Source of the DNA: Pseudomonadota bacterium
GTDB taxonomy: Bacteria > Pseudomonadota > Alphaproteobacteria > UBA11222
Assembly (NCBI GenBank): GCA_049323435.1
Contig: JBMOMX010000020.1
Span: 53,665-117,664 of the forward strand
Reading direction: 5' to 3'
DNA length: 64,000 nucleotides
Every line of letters starts with the position of its first letter. Position 1 is the stretch's first letter. The notes beneath the pieces were generated by a model. That model worked only from the letters and a program-made list of their open reading frames with translations. It did no database searches and was not told the DNA's origin. The translations under genes and the position numbers were made by a program. Shown here one piece after another: positions 53,957 through 63,980 of this stretch.

Positions 53957-54901
53957 ATGCCAGATAGACTGCAATTGCCGGTCCGGATCGGCACGCGGGG
54001 CAGCCCGCTGGCATTGGCGCAGGCGCACGAAACCCGCTCCCGGCTGCTTGCGGCCCATCCTGGGCTTGACGCCGCCCGGATAGAGGTTCAGGTGATCCAG
54101 ACCACCGGCGACCGGGTTCAGGACCGCGCTCTGTCCGAAATTGGCGGCAAGGGCCTGTTCACCAAGGAAATCGAGGAAGCGCTGCTGGAAAAGCGCATAG
54201 ATATGGCGGTGCATTCGATGAAGGATGTGCCAACTTTATTGCCCGGCGGGCTGGAGATTCTCGGCCTGCTTCCCCGCGAAGACCCGCGTGATGCGCTGAT
54301 CTGCGGGGCATCGTCCAGCATTGGCGCCTTGCGGCAGGGGGCAGTGGTGGGAACTTCTTCCTTGCGGCGTCAGGCCTTGCTGCTGCATGCCCGGCCAGAT
54401 CTGAATGTCATCGGGTTTCGCGGCAATGTGCAGACGCGGCTGGCCAGGCTGGATGCAGGCGCGGCGGACGCAACCCTGCTGGCTGTGGCGGGCCTGAAGC
54501 GGCTTGGCTTGGATGGCGGCATGGCGTCTGCTATAGATGTAACAGAAATGCTGCCTGCCGTCGCGCAGGGGGCCATCGGGATTGAAGCGCGCATGGATGA
54601 CACACATATTGCCGGGCTGCTGGCGCCGCTAAATCATCTGCCAACAGAATATTGTGTCAGGGCGGAACGGGCGTTTCTTGCCGCGCTGGATGGCTCGTGC
54701 CGCACCCCTATTGCGGCGCTGGCGGAAATTCTTCCGGGCGGCCGCCTGCGCCTGCGCGGGCAGATTGTCAAACCTGATGGCTCATGCCTGCTTGAGGCGG
54801 CCCGTGAGGGCCTGCTGGCGGACGCGGCGCAGATGGGCGCGGATGCGGGCCAGGAACTGCGCGGGCGCGGCGGCGGCGATTTTTTTACGCTGCCCGCATG
54901 A
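53957..54901 (+). CDS. hemC: Hydroxymethylbilane synthase
   Basis: IGTRGSPLA, GGKGLFTKE, VHSMKD, GTSSLRR, DGSCRTP. Confidence 0.97.
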   Translation: MPDRLQLPVRIGTRGSPLALAQAHETRSRLLAAHPGLDAARIEVQVIQTTGDRVQDRALSEIGGKGLFTKEIEEALLEKRIDMAVHSMKDVPTLLPGGLEILGLLPREDPRDALICGASSSIGALRQGAVVGTSSLRRQALLLHARPDLNVIGFRGNVQTRLARLDAGAADATLLAVAGLKRLGLDGGMASAIDVTEMLPAVAQGAIGIEARMDDTHIAGLLAPLNHLPTEYCVRAERAFLAALDGSCRTPIAALAEILPGGRLRLRGQIVKPDGSCLLEAAREGLLADAAQMGADAGQELRGRGGGDFFTLPA

Positions 54902-54926
54902 GCCAAAGCGGAACAAGGAGCAAACC

Positions 54927-55631
54927 ATGCGCTATCTGATCACCCGGCCGGAAGAAGACGCGGCGCAGCTTGCCTTGGCGGTGCGCGCACTGGGCCATGA
55001 TGTGCTGATTGATTCTATGCTGCGCATCACCACTTTTGATGATGTGCAACTGGATACGGATGGGGTGCAGGCCCTGCTGTTCAGCAGTGCCAATGGGGTT
55101 CGCGCTTTTTCAGATATATCGCTTAACCGCCGCGTTCCGGTCTATACGGTTGGCGAGGCCAGCGCCGCTGTTGCGCGGGACATGGGATTTCGCCGGGTGC
55201 ACGCGGCCGGCGGCGATGTCCTGGCGCTGGCGCAACTGGTGTCTGCGGCGCTAAAACCTGAGGATGGGATTTTGATGCATGTATCGGGAACCGTTGTGGC
55301 CCGCGAACTGAAAGATCTGCTGCAAAAGGACGGTTTCAATGTGTTTCGCGTCCGTTTGTATGAATCGGAGCCTGCGACATGCCTCAGCGCTTCCACCATT
55401 ACCAGTTTCAGCAAGGGAGAGCTGGAGGGCGTGCTGTTTTATTCCCCGCGCACGGCGCAGATTTTTGCCGATCTGATTATTGAAAACCGGCTGGTCGAAG
55501 CCTGCCGCCGTATCCGCGCGCTATGTCTCAGCGAAGCGGTCGCCGAAGTCGCGGACAGTCTGCCCTGGCGTTCCGTCAAGGTGGCCAGCGCGCCGGACCA
55601 GGCGGCGATGCTCGCCTTGCTCGCGCCATGA
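54927..55631 (+). CDS. hemD: Uroporphyrinogen-III synthase
   Basis: LITRP, FSSANGV, VGEASA, FYSPRTA; AAGGAG RBS. Confidence 0.93.
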   Translation: MRYLITRPEEDAAQLALAVRALGHDVLIDSMLRITTFDDVQLDTDGVQALLFSSANGVRAFSDISLNRRVPVYTVGEASAAVARDMGFRRVHAAGGDVLALAQLVSAALKPEDGILMHVSGTVVARELKDLLQKDGFNVFRVRLYESEPATCLSASTITSFSKGELEGVLFYSPRTAQIFADLIIENRLVEACRRIRALCLSEAVAEVADSLPWRSVKVASAPDQAAMLALLAP

Positions 55632-55644
55632 ATTGCCCAGCCTG

Positions 55645-56700
55645 ATGCAGGAAAATCCCGAAAATACCCGGCCGAAAACGCCGAAACGTCTGCGCATTTC
55701 CCGGCGTCTGGCGCTTTACGGCCTGTTGCTGGTGGTTTTGAGCGCGGCCGCCATCGGGGGCTGGTGGTCCTTGCAGCGCGCCTCTGTACGGCTTGCCCTG
55801 CCAGCGCCCGCACCAGCGGCTGCCCCGGTGCCCGCATCCGCGGAGCAGGTGGCCAGCCTCCCGGTGGTCAATGCGCTGGCCCAGATTACCCTGCGCGTGT
55901 CGGAACTGGAATCAGACATGCAGCAAGTGAAAAGCGCTACGGGCGCGTCTTCTGTGGCGAACGGGGCGGCGGATTCGGCTGCGGTGGCGCAATTGGCGGA
56001 TGCGGTTCGCGCCATTTCCGGCAGTCTGGATGCGATCAATACGGCAATGACCACATTAAATGCCCGTCTCTCGGCTCTGGAGGCGGTGCAGGCGGCGCAG
56101 CCATTGGGTGGCGAAGCCCGGTCTATTTCTTTTGCGCTTGGCCTGCGTGAACTGGAAAGGGCCCTTGCGGGGTCTGGGCCGTTTGCTGTGCAACTCGAAG
56201 CGCTGGCTGATTTGCTCGGGCCCGAAGCACCGGACACGCCGGTTGCCCGCTTGCGTCCCTATGCGCCGGGCGGCATTGCCACCCGGGCTGCCTTGCTGGC
56301 GCGTTTTGATACGGCCGCGGCCGGCATTGTGCGCGCCGATTCGGTTGCGGGCGTGCCGCAGGATTGGGCAGGGCGGACCTATGCCTTTGTGATGTCCCTG
56401 ATCATGATCCGCCCGCTGGGCGAACGCGAGGGCGAAGATGTTCCCGCAAGGGTGGCCCGTGCGCAAACACGGCTGGAGGCAGGCGATCTTGATGCTGCGG
56501 TGCAGGAATTGGGTGCGCTGGGCGGGCCCGCAGCGGATGCGGCTTCCGGCTGGCTGAAGGATGCCCGCGCGCGTCTGATGGCGGAACAGGCATTGGCGCA
56601 ATTGAGCGCAACCCTGACCCAACAAATTGACGCGATTGCATCTCCCGCGCCAGCGCCAGCCCCCGGCAGTCTGCCTGTCACCGGCCAAACGGGGGAATGA
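55645..56700 (+). CDS. COG4223 / mitofilin (alphaMic60)-like membrane protein
   Basis: N-terminal TM, coiled coil, GPF..L, ARA..RL..GDL..A, W..DARARL; position between hemD and hemY. Confidence 0.8.
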   Translation: MQENPENTRPKTPKRLRISRRLALYGLLLVVLSAAAIGGWWSLQRASVRLALPAPAPAAAPVPASAEQVASLPVVNALAQITLRVSELESDMQQVKSATGASSVANGAADSAAVAQLADAVRAISGSLDAINTAMTTLNARLSALEAVQAAQPLGGEARSISFALGLRELERALAGSGPFAVQLEALADLLGPEAPDTPVARLRPYAPGGIATRAALLARFDTAAAGIVRADSVAGVPQDWAGRTYAFVMSLIMIRPLGEREGEDVPARVARAQTRLEAGDLDAAVQELGALGGPAADAASGWLKDARARLMAEQALAQLSATLTQQIDAIASPAPAPAPGSLPVTGQTGE

Positions 56701-56707
56701 CGCGGCG

Positions 56708-58042
56708 ATGGGTAGACTGTTACGCCTGTTTATCAGCATCGTGGCGGTGGCGGGCCTCATCGCCTGGCTGGCGGACAATCCCGGCCGTTTGGAGATGGAC
56801 TGGCAGGGCTACCGCATTGAGACCAGCTTTGGCCTGCTGCTTGTGCTTGGTGTTGTTCTGTACGCGCTCATGCGCGCGCCCTTCTGGATTTATGGACGCT
56901 GGCGCGGCGCGTCCGGCAATCTTGCCAGAAGCCGCACTGGCATGGTGGCGCTGACCCGCGGCATGACCGCCATCGCTGCGGGCGATGCTGACGCGGCGCG
57001 GCGCTATGGCGCGCGTGCGGGCCGGTTGTTGCCGGATGCGCCGCTAAGCCTGCTGATGCAGGCCCAGGCGGCTGAACTGCGCAAGGATGATGTGGCGGCG
57101 CGCGAATTTTTTCAGGCCCTGCTGCGATCGGGCGAAACGGAATTTCTCGGACTGCGGGGATTACTGGGGCAGGCGCTGCGTCAGGGCGATATGGATTATG
57201 CAGGACGGCTGGTGGAACGCGCGCTGCGGCTTTATCCCAAAAGCCCCTGGCTTATCCGTAACAAGTTTGAAATTGAATGCGCCACCGGGGCCTGGCCGCT
57301 GGCCCGCGAAACCCTTGGCCGCGCTGCACAGAACCGGTTGATCACACGGGTGGAGCGCACACGCCGTCAGGCCATTCTGGCCTATGCAGAGGCCTGTCAG
57401 GCGCTGGAACAGGGGGCGGACGTGCAGGCGCTCGGTTTGGCGCAGAGCGCCGTCAAGGGCGCCCCCGATCTGGTTCCGGCGGCGGTGCTGGCGGCACGTC
57501 TTCTGGCCGCCTCCGGCAAACCGGACAAGGCCGCACGGCTGCTGGAAAAGACCTGGGCGCGCGCTCCACATCCCGATCTGGCGGCAGCCTTCGGCTCTCT
57601 GGTCCCGGATGAAAATCCAGCCCCGCGCCAGGTGCGGATGCGCCGTCTGATTGCGGCCAATCCCGATCATCCCGAAAGCCGCATTCTGGCGGTAGAGAAC
57701 GCGCTGGCCGTGGGTGAAACGGCACGGGCGCGTGAATTGCTGAAACCCCTGCTTGGCTCAGAGACCGTCGAGCCAAGCCATCGGGCCTGCCTGCTGATGG
57801 CGAAACTTGCTCAGGCGCAGGGGCTGGGGGCCGAGGAGGCGCAGCGCTGGCTGGCCCGCGCCCCGTTGGCGGCGCCCGATCCGTCCTGGCAATGCCAGGC
57901 CTGCGGCAAGCAGGCTCAGGTCTGGCATATGCTCTGCCCGTCCTGTGGCGAGTTTGACAGCATTCATTGGGATATAGCAGGCCCCTTACAGGGCCAAAAT
58001 CCCGCCGCGCCGGGATTGCTTGCGCAAGGCGCATCACTTTGA
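56708..58042 (+). CDS. hemY: HemY-like TPR membrane protein with C-terminal CxxC..CxxC ribbon
   Basis: WLADNPG, GYRIETS, FLGLRGL, PHPDLA, WQCQACG...CPSCGEFDS. Confidence 0.85.
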   Translation: MGRLLRLFISIVAVAGLIAWLADNPGRLEMDWQGYRIETSFGLLLVLGVVLYALMRAPFWIYGRWRGASGNLARSRTGMVALTRGMTAIAAGDADAARRYGARAGRLLPDAPLSLLMQAQAAELRKDDVAAREFFQALLRSGETEFLGLRGLLGQALRQGDMDYAGRLVERALRLYPKSPWLIRNKFEIECATGAWPLARETLGRAAQNRLITRVERTRRQAILAYAEACQALEQGADVQALGLAQSAVKGAPDLVPAAVLAARLLAASGKPDKAARLLEKTWARAPHPDLAAAFGSLVPDENPAPRQVRMRRLIAANPDHPESRILAVENALAVGETARARELLKPLLGSETVEPSHRACLLMAKLAQAQGLGAEEAQRWLARAPLAAPDPSWQCQACGKQAQVWHMLCPSCGEFDSIHWDIAGPLQGQNPAAPGLLAQGASL

Positions 58043-58065
58043 TACACCGGCACGTATAAGCCCAG

Positions 58066-58141
58066 GCCGCCTTAGCTCAGCTGGTAGAGCATCGCATTCG
58101 TAATGCGGGGGTCGCGTGTTCGAGTCACGCAGGCGGCACCA
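58066..58141 (+). tRNA. tRNA-Thr (CGT)
   Basis: GCCGCCTTAGCTCAGCTGGTAGAGCATCGCATTCGTAATGCGGGGGTCGCGTGTTCGAGTCACGCAGGCGGCACCA. Confidence 0.96.
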
Positions 58142-58286
58142 CTTCCTCCTCTCCCCACCCATCCCCTGTTACGTCGACTTATCCTGATTCATGTATAATA
58201 ATATGAAATAATTAATATTTTTTGCATTTCATCGCACTTAAGCGCAGAATAAAATACTAGGTCGCACATCGGGCATCGAAGAAATT

Positions 58287-58327
58287 TGTTGGTATTTTTG
58301 TTGGTATCGATGCCCGCGTGTTGGTAT
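58287..58327 (+). repeat. Three TGTTGGTAT direct repeats, probable integrase arm-type sites
   Basis: Copies at 58287, 58299 and 58319, between tRNA and integrase start. Confidence 0.7.
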
Positions 58328-58355
58328 CATGCCGTTAGGCAGGAGGATTTCCCTT

Positions 58356-59594
58356 ATGTCGCTAACGGATATGAAATGCCGGAACACCAAAGCTGGCCCG
58401 GCGCTTAGAAAACTCTCGGATGGGGGCGGGCTTCAACTATGGGTTCAGCCAACGGGCGCACGCCTGTGGCGGCTTGCCTACCGGTTTGGCGGGAAACAAA
58501 AGCTTCTCGCGTTGGGTGTCTACCCCGTTACGTCCCTCGCCGGCGCAAGACAGGGCCGCGATGCCGCAAAACAACTTCTTGCCTCTGGCGTTGATCCCTC
58601 TCAGGCGAAGAAGCAGACGAAGGCGGCTCGGGCCGCTTTTGGCGACAGCTTTCGTGTAATTGCAGAAGAATATGTATCAAAGTTAAAACAGGAGGGCCGC
58701 GCCGGAATAACCATTTCCAAAATCGAATGGCTGCTTTCATTCGCCTACCCAACGATCGGCAACCAGCCCATCAAAGAAATTGGCGCGCCAGATATTTTGC
58801 TGGTACTGCGGGAGATCGAAATGCGCGGGCGGCACGAATCGGCTCGCCGACTACGGTCAATAATCGGAAGTGTGTTTCGCTATGCCGTGGCGACAGCGCG
58901 TGCCGAAGCCGATCCTACATTTGCTCTCAAAGGCGCTCTTGTCAGACCAACGGTAACGCCGCGCGCTGCGGTGACAGATCCAAAAGCTCTGGGGGCATTG
59001 CTTCGCACAATAGATTCATTTGACGGACAACCGAGCACCCACGCTGCGCTGAAACTTATGGCGCTGCTTTTTCCGCGCCCTGGAGAATTGCGGGCGGCCG
59101 AATGGAAGGAATTCGACTTTGACAATGAGGTCTGGACCATTCCAGCAACTCACACAAAAATGCGGCGGGCTCATCGCGTTCCCTTGCCGGCACAAGCCAT
59201 CGCTATTCTAAAAGAACTTCATCAAATTACGGGCCGAGGAGTAATCCTTTTTCCAGGCATTCGCGACGAGATGCGCCCAATTTCGGACAATACTTTAAAT
59301 GCTGCTCTGCGACGGTTGGGTTACACCAAAGATGAGGTGACGGCACACGGATTCCGCGCGACAGCATCCGCCCTCATGAATGAGAGTGGCAAATGGCATC
59401 CTGACGCTATTGAACGCCAACTTGCACATGTCGAGAATAATGATGTCCGGCGCGCTTACGCACGGGGAGAGCATTGGGATGAGCGGGTGAGGATGATGCA
59501 ATGGTGGGCCGACTATCTCGACACACTGAAATCTACTTCTGACAAAATACTCGCATCTGATATTTCTATAGCGAGGAGGGGACAACGGCGATGA
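58356..59594 (+). CDS. P4-like tyrosine integrase
   Basis: Arm domain DGGGL..W..Y..GK..LGVYP; catalytic RPGELR, TKMRR, HGFR, LAH, RAY. Confidence 0.95.
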   Translation: MSLTDMKCRNTKAGPALRKLSDGGGLQLWVQPTGARLWRLAYRFGGKQKLLALGVYPVTSLAGARQGRDAAKQLLASGVDPSQAKKQTKAARAAFGDSFRVIAEEYVSKLKQEGRAGITISKIEWLLSFAYPTIGNQPIKEIGAPDILLVLREIEMRGRHESARRLRSIIGSVFRYAVATARAEADPTFALKGALVRPTVTPRAAVTDPKALGALLRTIDSFDGQPSTHAALKLMALLFPRPGELRAAEWKEFDFDNEVWTIPATHTKMRRAHRVPLPAQAIAILKELHQITGRGVILFPGIRDEMRPISDNTLNAALRRLGYTKDEVTAHGFRATASALMNESGKWHPDAIERQLAHVENNDVRRAYARGEHWDERVRMMQWWADYLDTLKSTSDKILASDISIARRGQRR

Positions 59595-59702
59595 ACCAAC
59601 GCCTACAGGCTAAATATCTGCAGGGGTGTGAAATTTTTTCGTTTTCGATTTTATAATGGATAATGGCAATGTGCACTTAAACTCTTCCGACTTCAGGACT
59701 TG

Positions 59703-62700
59703 CTACTGCTCTGGAGGCACATACGTGATCGAGCACTCATGATTGATCTGCATAAGAGCGATGAGTCCCTTACCCAACTGTAGCTCATGTCGGGCAATAG
59801 CACCGCCGACGCGTACGCAATTCAGAAATACGAAACGGTCGTGAAAGTCGCGTATGGGCGTTTTTCTACGCGGTTTGAGGGTAAGCGGCGTTTTCTGTGC
59901 TGCATCGCCCAGGATTGTGCTCCATCGGGTTCCCAGATCTCTCCGCTGATCGGATTCGCTCTCGGCGCTATCGTCGCGCGGCGGCCTATACTCGATCGTG
60001 ACTTGTTCAATAGACTTAGCTCGTTCGAGCAGAGCTTTGACGAACGCAACTTGCGATGAACGCGCGCCAGAATCAGCTATGGCATATGGGTCGCTAATCT
60101 CGAGGTGACCGATTTTAGCCCCATTGAAGATATCCAGGATGTCAGGCAGTGGACGCGGCTGGTTTGGGGCGCATCGCCATATCCGCGGCTGCAAGCGAAG
60201 TGGTATATTTTGTAGAGATAGCAAGGGCCGCTCTCGCGATTGTGATTTCTGTGACTTACCCTCCTCGTCCTCCCGCCTCCTCGAGGAGGTAGGAGAAGTT
60301 TCAACATCTGTAGGATTGGAATTACTACTGGAGCCTTTCGATTCGAAGGTAGAGACCTCCTCGAAAAGTGTGCCGATATCAGCCTCATCACCTTCCGGTG
60401 GCACAAGCATATCTCGTGAGAGAGATCGCTTGCGCTCAAGAAGGTCGTTCAGTCGGATATCGAAGCTTGACGGTCCTATAATTGGATCGCTGTGGACAGC
60501 CAAGGGAAGATAGACATGGACGGGCTTGTCTTGTCCAATGCGATAAGCCCGATCCGTACTTTGATCTTCGACTGCAGGATTCCACCACCGCGACAGGTGT
60601 ATGACGTGGTTCGCTGCGGTGATGGTAAGGCCCACTCCACCAGCTTTCGGGGATAGTAATAACACGTCAAAGATGCCCGGGTGAGATTGAAAGTTATTCA
60701 CGATTGCCTGGCGTTTTGAACCGGGTACTCCACCGTGGATACGTGCCGGAGGATGTCGCAAATTGAATCGCGTCTGGATAAGCGTCGCCAGTTTAGCTTG
60801 CATTGCCAAGCTCTCGACAAAGATAAGTGCTTTTTCACTCTTGGCCTGAACCTCCTTCAGGATTTCGAGCGTCCAGGATAAACGTGCCGACTGTGCAGCG
60901 TAGGCATCGAGATCAGTGGGAGCCTCTTCCGGGTCGATGGGGTGAAGTGAGATACCCCGCATCTCGTGAAGGATCTGTAATATGCCGTCTTTTCTGCTCA
61001 GGCTCGCTTTGCCTGCGACAGCCCTGCGGACGCAGTTTTCGTAAGTCGAGGCTTGCAGTGGCGGCATTTTAATCTGCTTGGCATGTACAATTTTCTCCGG
61101 CATCCCTTCCAAATGGTCGGACTTCATCCTGCGCAGCATGTAGGAGGGCATGTTATCCTGCCGGTCCACAAGCTTCGACCGTAGCTGTTTCAGTGCGTCT
61201 GTATTTGTCGGCGGATAACGTCTCTCAAAGTCTTTGCTTGATCCGAGTAGGCTAGGGGAAATCACGTCCATTATTGACCATAGGTCCTGCAACCGGTTTT
61301 CGACGGGTGTTCCAGTCATTCCCAATACAAACTTGGGATTTAAAGACTTGGCTGCACGCGTGAGCTGACTAGTTGGATTCTTCAGTTTCTGGATCTCGTC
61401 AAATATCACAAGTTCGAATGGCCATTTTGCAAAGCTGATGTGATAGTCGCGCAGCGTTTCATAGGTAGTCAGCACCACACCTGCGGATTTCCATGCCTCT
61501 GCTTGAAGAGCGGCCCTTCCTGTCACAATGTCTCGTTCTCCGAAAGAATCTTCTTCTCTGAGGCCCTTCAAGCTCCCGCCAAACGCAAGAACGATTTCTC
61601 CAAGATGAGGAGCATTTAGATGCCTTTCGATTTCGGCTCGCCAATTTGCCAGGAGACCAGTCGGCGCGACCACAAGAAACGGCCCTCTCGGACGTTTGTT
61701 GGCTCCCGCTTGTTCCTGCAGCCACGCCATGAATGCAATTGCTTGAAGGGTTTTTCCCAAGCCCATGTCGTCCGCAAGCAGCACACCAGAACGCCGGCGC
61801 GCCGCCGTTTCAACAAGCCATTTCAAGCCGTCAACTTGATGAGGTTTTAGTGTTGTATTCAGCCTGTCTGGCAGAGCAAATTCAGACGGCTCAACAACGA
61901 CGGTCGGCGCAAATGGCGCGAACTCGACTTCCTCAAAATTCTCTCGAACGACCAAAAACAGGCGATCTCTTGTTATCTGCACTGTACGCGTCTGATCCGA
62001 TGCAGCTTCAGATACATTGGCCCCAGCAGCCTGAGCGAAGGGCTTCAGATCGTTCAAAGCTGCGAGCGTCTGCGCAGTGGCGGGTACTATCGTTGATTCA
62101 ACGCTAGCCGTCGGCTCTTGGTTGGCAATCGCTGTCTCAACCGCCGCGCATAGTGGTTCCACGATCTCGGGTGTGAGTTCAACGTAATTTTCACCAACGC
62201 GTATTCCAAATTTTTCCGGCAACCAGCTATTCGGTGTCTGCTTCAGCCACGGAAGAACAGGCTTGGTCCACACGTCAACTCCGGCTACCCGAGCGGAAAA
62301 CTGTTCGGTTTCAAGAAACAGGCTGTCCACGCCGATCCGCTCCGCGACCTCTTCGCCCAATCGTTGCCGTAATACGCGTCTTGGGTTAGTAACGAAGGCG
62401 CGCCTTTCTGAAGATGGGGCTGATTGCAGATTGCGCACTTCTTGCAGTGCGGGACGAAGGGCAGGGTCTATATAGACATAGTCGCCGTCACGGAGTGTAT
62501 AGGCGGGTTTCACTTCGCGATTTCGGCGGAACTGATTCTCAGCAAACATCCGCTGGGCTTTGGGCGGCAATACGCTATCTTCTTCATCTGGAACAAGGGA
62601 TTCATCGGCATTTTGTTTCGAAGGAGGCCCAAACAGCACTGGATCAAAATCGAATGGATCCGCCCGGCCTAATTTCAGCGAAAATGCTGACGCATAGTGA

Positions 62701-63320
62701 ATGCGGGTTTCTGTCAAGTAACCATTGGCTTCGAATGAAGAGCGCACCTGCTCTGGCAGAAGTGCCTGTAAAGACGCGAGAGCGCCGAAGCGTTGACTTT
62801 CGTCGGCTGGTTCAGAAAGCAAGCTGGCTGAAGTCCATAAGGAGAAAAGTGGTTCCGGAATGCGCCGCTGAATTCCCTCATATTCGAGTATTGCGCCGAC
62901 CGCCTTGGCCCTGATAGCGCTCCCCCCAGGGCGCACCCACCTTGATCGGACAACAAATTGAGAGTCCGTTATCAGGTGATCACTCTGAAGATCTAGTGCG
63001 AGATTCGTAGCGGCAGGTAATTGTAGAGCGTCGGCCGTTCCGGCATCGAGATTTGCCAAGCAGCGAGGATGTAGACGAATCTCATAATCGGCCATCTCTA
63101 CCAGCCGCTTGCCATCTGGCGTGACTTCTTCGCTTTCGGCCAGTGCTTGCAGGCATGACAGTCCCAGGCGAATTTTAGGGGCGTGACTAACCCAATTGTC
63201 GACTTTAATCTGTGTGTTTCCCAGCAATTTCTTAACGGTGCCAGACAGGACAAGATGCCCCGTTTCATAATTGAGGCTGTGAGATAATTTCAGACTGTTT
63301 GGCGTTGTAGACCTGAACAT
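59703..63320 (-). CDS. Large SNF2-family helicase/ATPase, ZorD-like N-terminus, C-terminal PLD-like (DPY...HDR) domain
   Basis: LADDMGLGKT, DEIQ, TGTPVENRL, AGGVGL, WWNPAVEDQSTDRAYRIGQ; C-terminal ISDPY, FHDRFV, LGKGL. Confidence 0.85.
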   Translation of the reverse strand: MFRSTTPNSLKLSHSLNYETGHLVLSGTVKKLLGNTQIKVDNWVSHAPKIRLGLSCLQALAESEEVTPDGKRLVEMADYEIRLHPRCLANLDAGTADALQLPAATNLALDLQSDHLITDSQFVVRSRWVRPGGSAIRAKAVGAILEYEGIQRRIPEPLFSLWTSASLLSEPADESQRFGALASLQALLPEQVRSSFEANGYLTETRIHYASAFSLKLGRADPFDFDPVLFGPPSKQNADESLVPDEEDSVLPPKAQRMFAENQFRRNREVKPAYTLRDGDYVYIDPALRPALQEVRNLQSAPSSERRAFVTNPRRVLRQRLGEEVAERIGVDSLFLETEQFSARVAGVDVWTKPVLPWLKQTPNSWLPEKFGIRVGENYVELTPEIVEPLCAAVETAIANQEPTASVESTIVPATAQTLAALNDLKPFAQAAGANVSEAASDQTRTVQITRDRLFLVVRENFEEVEFAPFAPTVVVEPSEFALPDRLNTTLKPHQVDGLKWLVETAARRRSGVLLADDMGLGKTLQAIAFMAWLQEQAGANKRPRGPFLVVAPTGLLANWRAEIERHLNAPHLGEIVLAFGGSLKGLREEDSFGERDIVTGRAALQAEAWKSAGVVLTTYETLRDYHISFAKWPFELVIFDEIQKLKNPTSQLTRAAKSLNPKFVLGMTGTPVENRLQDLWSIMDVISPSLLGSSKDFERRYPPTNTDALKQLRSKLVDRQDNMPSYMLRRMKSDHLEGMPEKIVHAKQIKMPPLQASTYENCVRRAVAGKASLSRKDGILQILHEMRGISLHPIDPEEAPTDLDAYAAQSARLSWTLEILKEVQAKSEKALIFVESLAMQAKLATLIQTRFNLRHPPARIHGGVPGSKRQAIVNNFQSHPGIFDVLLLSPKAGGVGLTITAANHVIHLSRWWNPAVEDQSTDRAYRIGQDKPVHVYLPLAVHSDPIIGPSSFDIRLNDLLERKRSLSRDMLVPPEGDEADIGTLFEEVSTFESKGSSSNSNPTDVETSPTSSRRREDEEGKSQKSQSRERPLLSLQNIPLRLQPRIWRCAPNQPRPLPDILDIFNGAKIGHLEISDPYAIADSGARSSQVAFVKALLERAKSIEQVTIEYRPPRDDSAESESDQRRDLGTRWSTILGDAAQKTPLTLKPRRKTPIRDFHDRFVFLNCVRVGGAIARHELQLGKGLIALMQINHECSITYVPPEQ

Positions 63321-63332
63321 CAACGGCGTCCC

Positions 63333-63980
63333 TTAGTGGGAGGGTCGTCGCGGATTAACGCGCCGACTCGGTATTGATTTCGCGCGGAGCCGCAATATGC
63401 GAATCTGATATAGCGGATTCGAGTCGTCCGAGCGTCCAAGCGGACCATAGGACAGTTTAGTGAGAAAATGTTTTTTCATGGCTGGACCGGGCGCGAATGT
63501 TTCACGCCGCGAGTTGTGCACCAGATAGCCCGAATGCTGAAGCGTCCGAATCACCCGCTTATCGCCTCGTGCTTCGATAGGCGAACCGTTCGACAGCACG
63601 AACGCCGCCTGGTAAAGCGCGATATACGCCTTACACCGATCAGTTTCAATATTGAGGTGAGTCTGCAATAAACCACGCCAACCGGGCGCGTGCTCAATGC
63701 TAAATCCGTCTCCTATGTTGGGGTTAAGAGGCAAACCGCCCGGTATTTTATGGTTAGTGATTGTGAGAGCGTAGAAAGCGCCGTCAGCCGCTTCGACAGA
63801 CAGACAGGTATAAGGGCAGTCTGCCGCGTCCACAATGGCGTCCAGCACGTGCTGGCGGAATGTATCAGTGATCGAGACAGTGACGGGCGTGTCCAGTGTG
63901 ACATGATCGACTCCCAGCGAAGCATCCAGCGCGACGTCAACAGCCGTGTCGACAGACACGACATTTGAACGGCGTCTCAT
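63333..63980 (-). CDS. Hypothetical protein co-oriented upstream of the SNF2 gene
   Basis: 215-aa ORF ending about 10 bp before the SNF2 start; no family recognised. Confidence 0.55.
   Translation of the reverse strand: MRRRSNVVSVDTAVDVALDASLGVDHVTLDTPVTVSITDTFRQHVLDAIVDAADCPYTCLSVEAADGAFYALTITNHKIPGGLPLNPNIGDGFSIEHAPGWRGLLQTHLNIETDRCKAYIALYQAAFVLSNGSPIEARGDKRVIRTLQHSGYLVHNSRRETFAPGPAMKKHFLTKLSYGPLGRSDDSNPLYQIRILRLRAKSIPSRRVNPRRPSH

Noticed and set aside
53765-54214. 149-aa ORF with CHCPACP motif
   Set aside because: Antisense to hemC and reading through the palindromic element; not a metal-binding protein call
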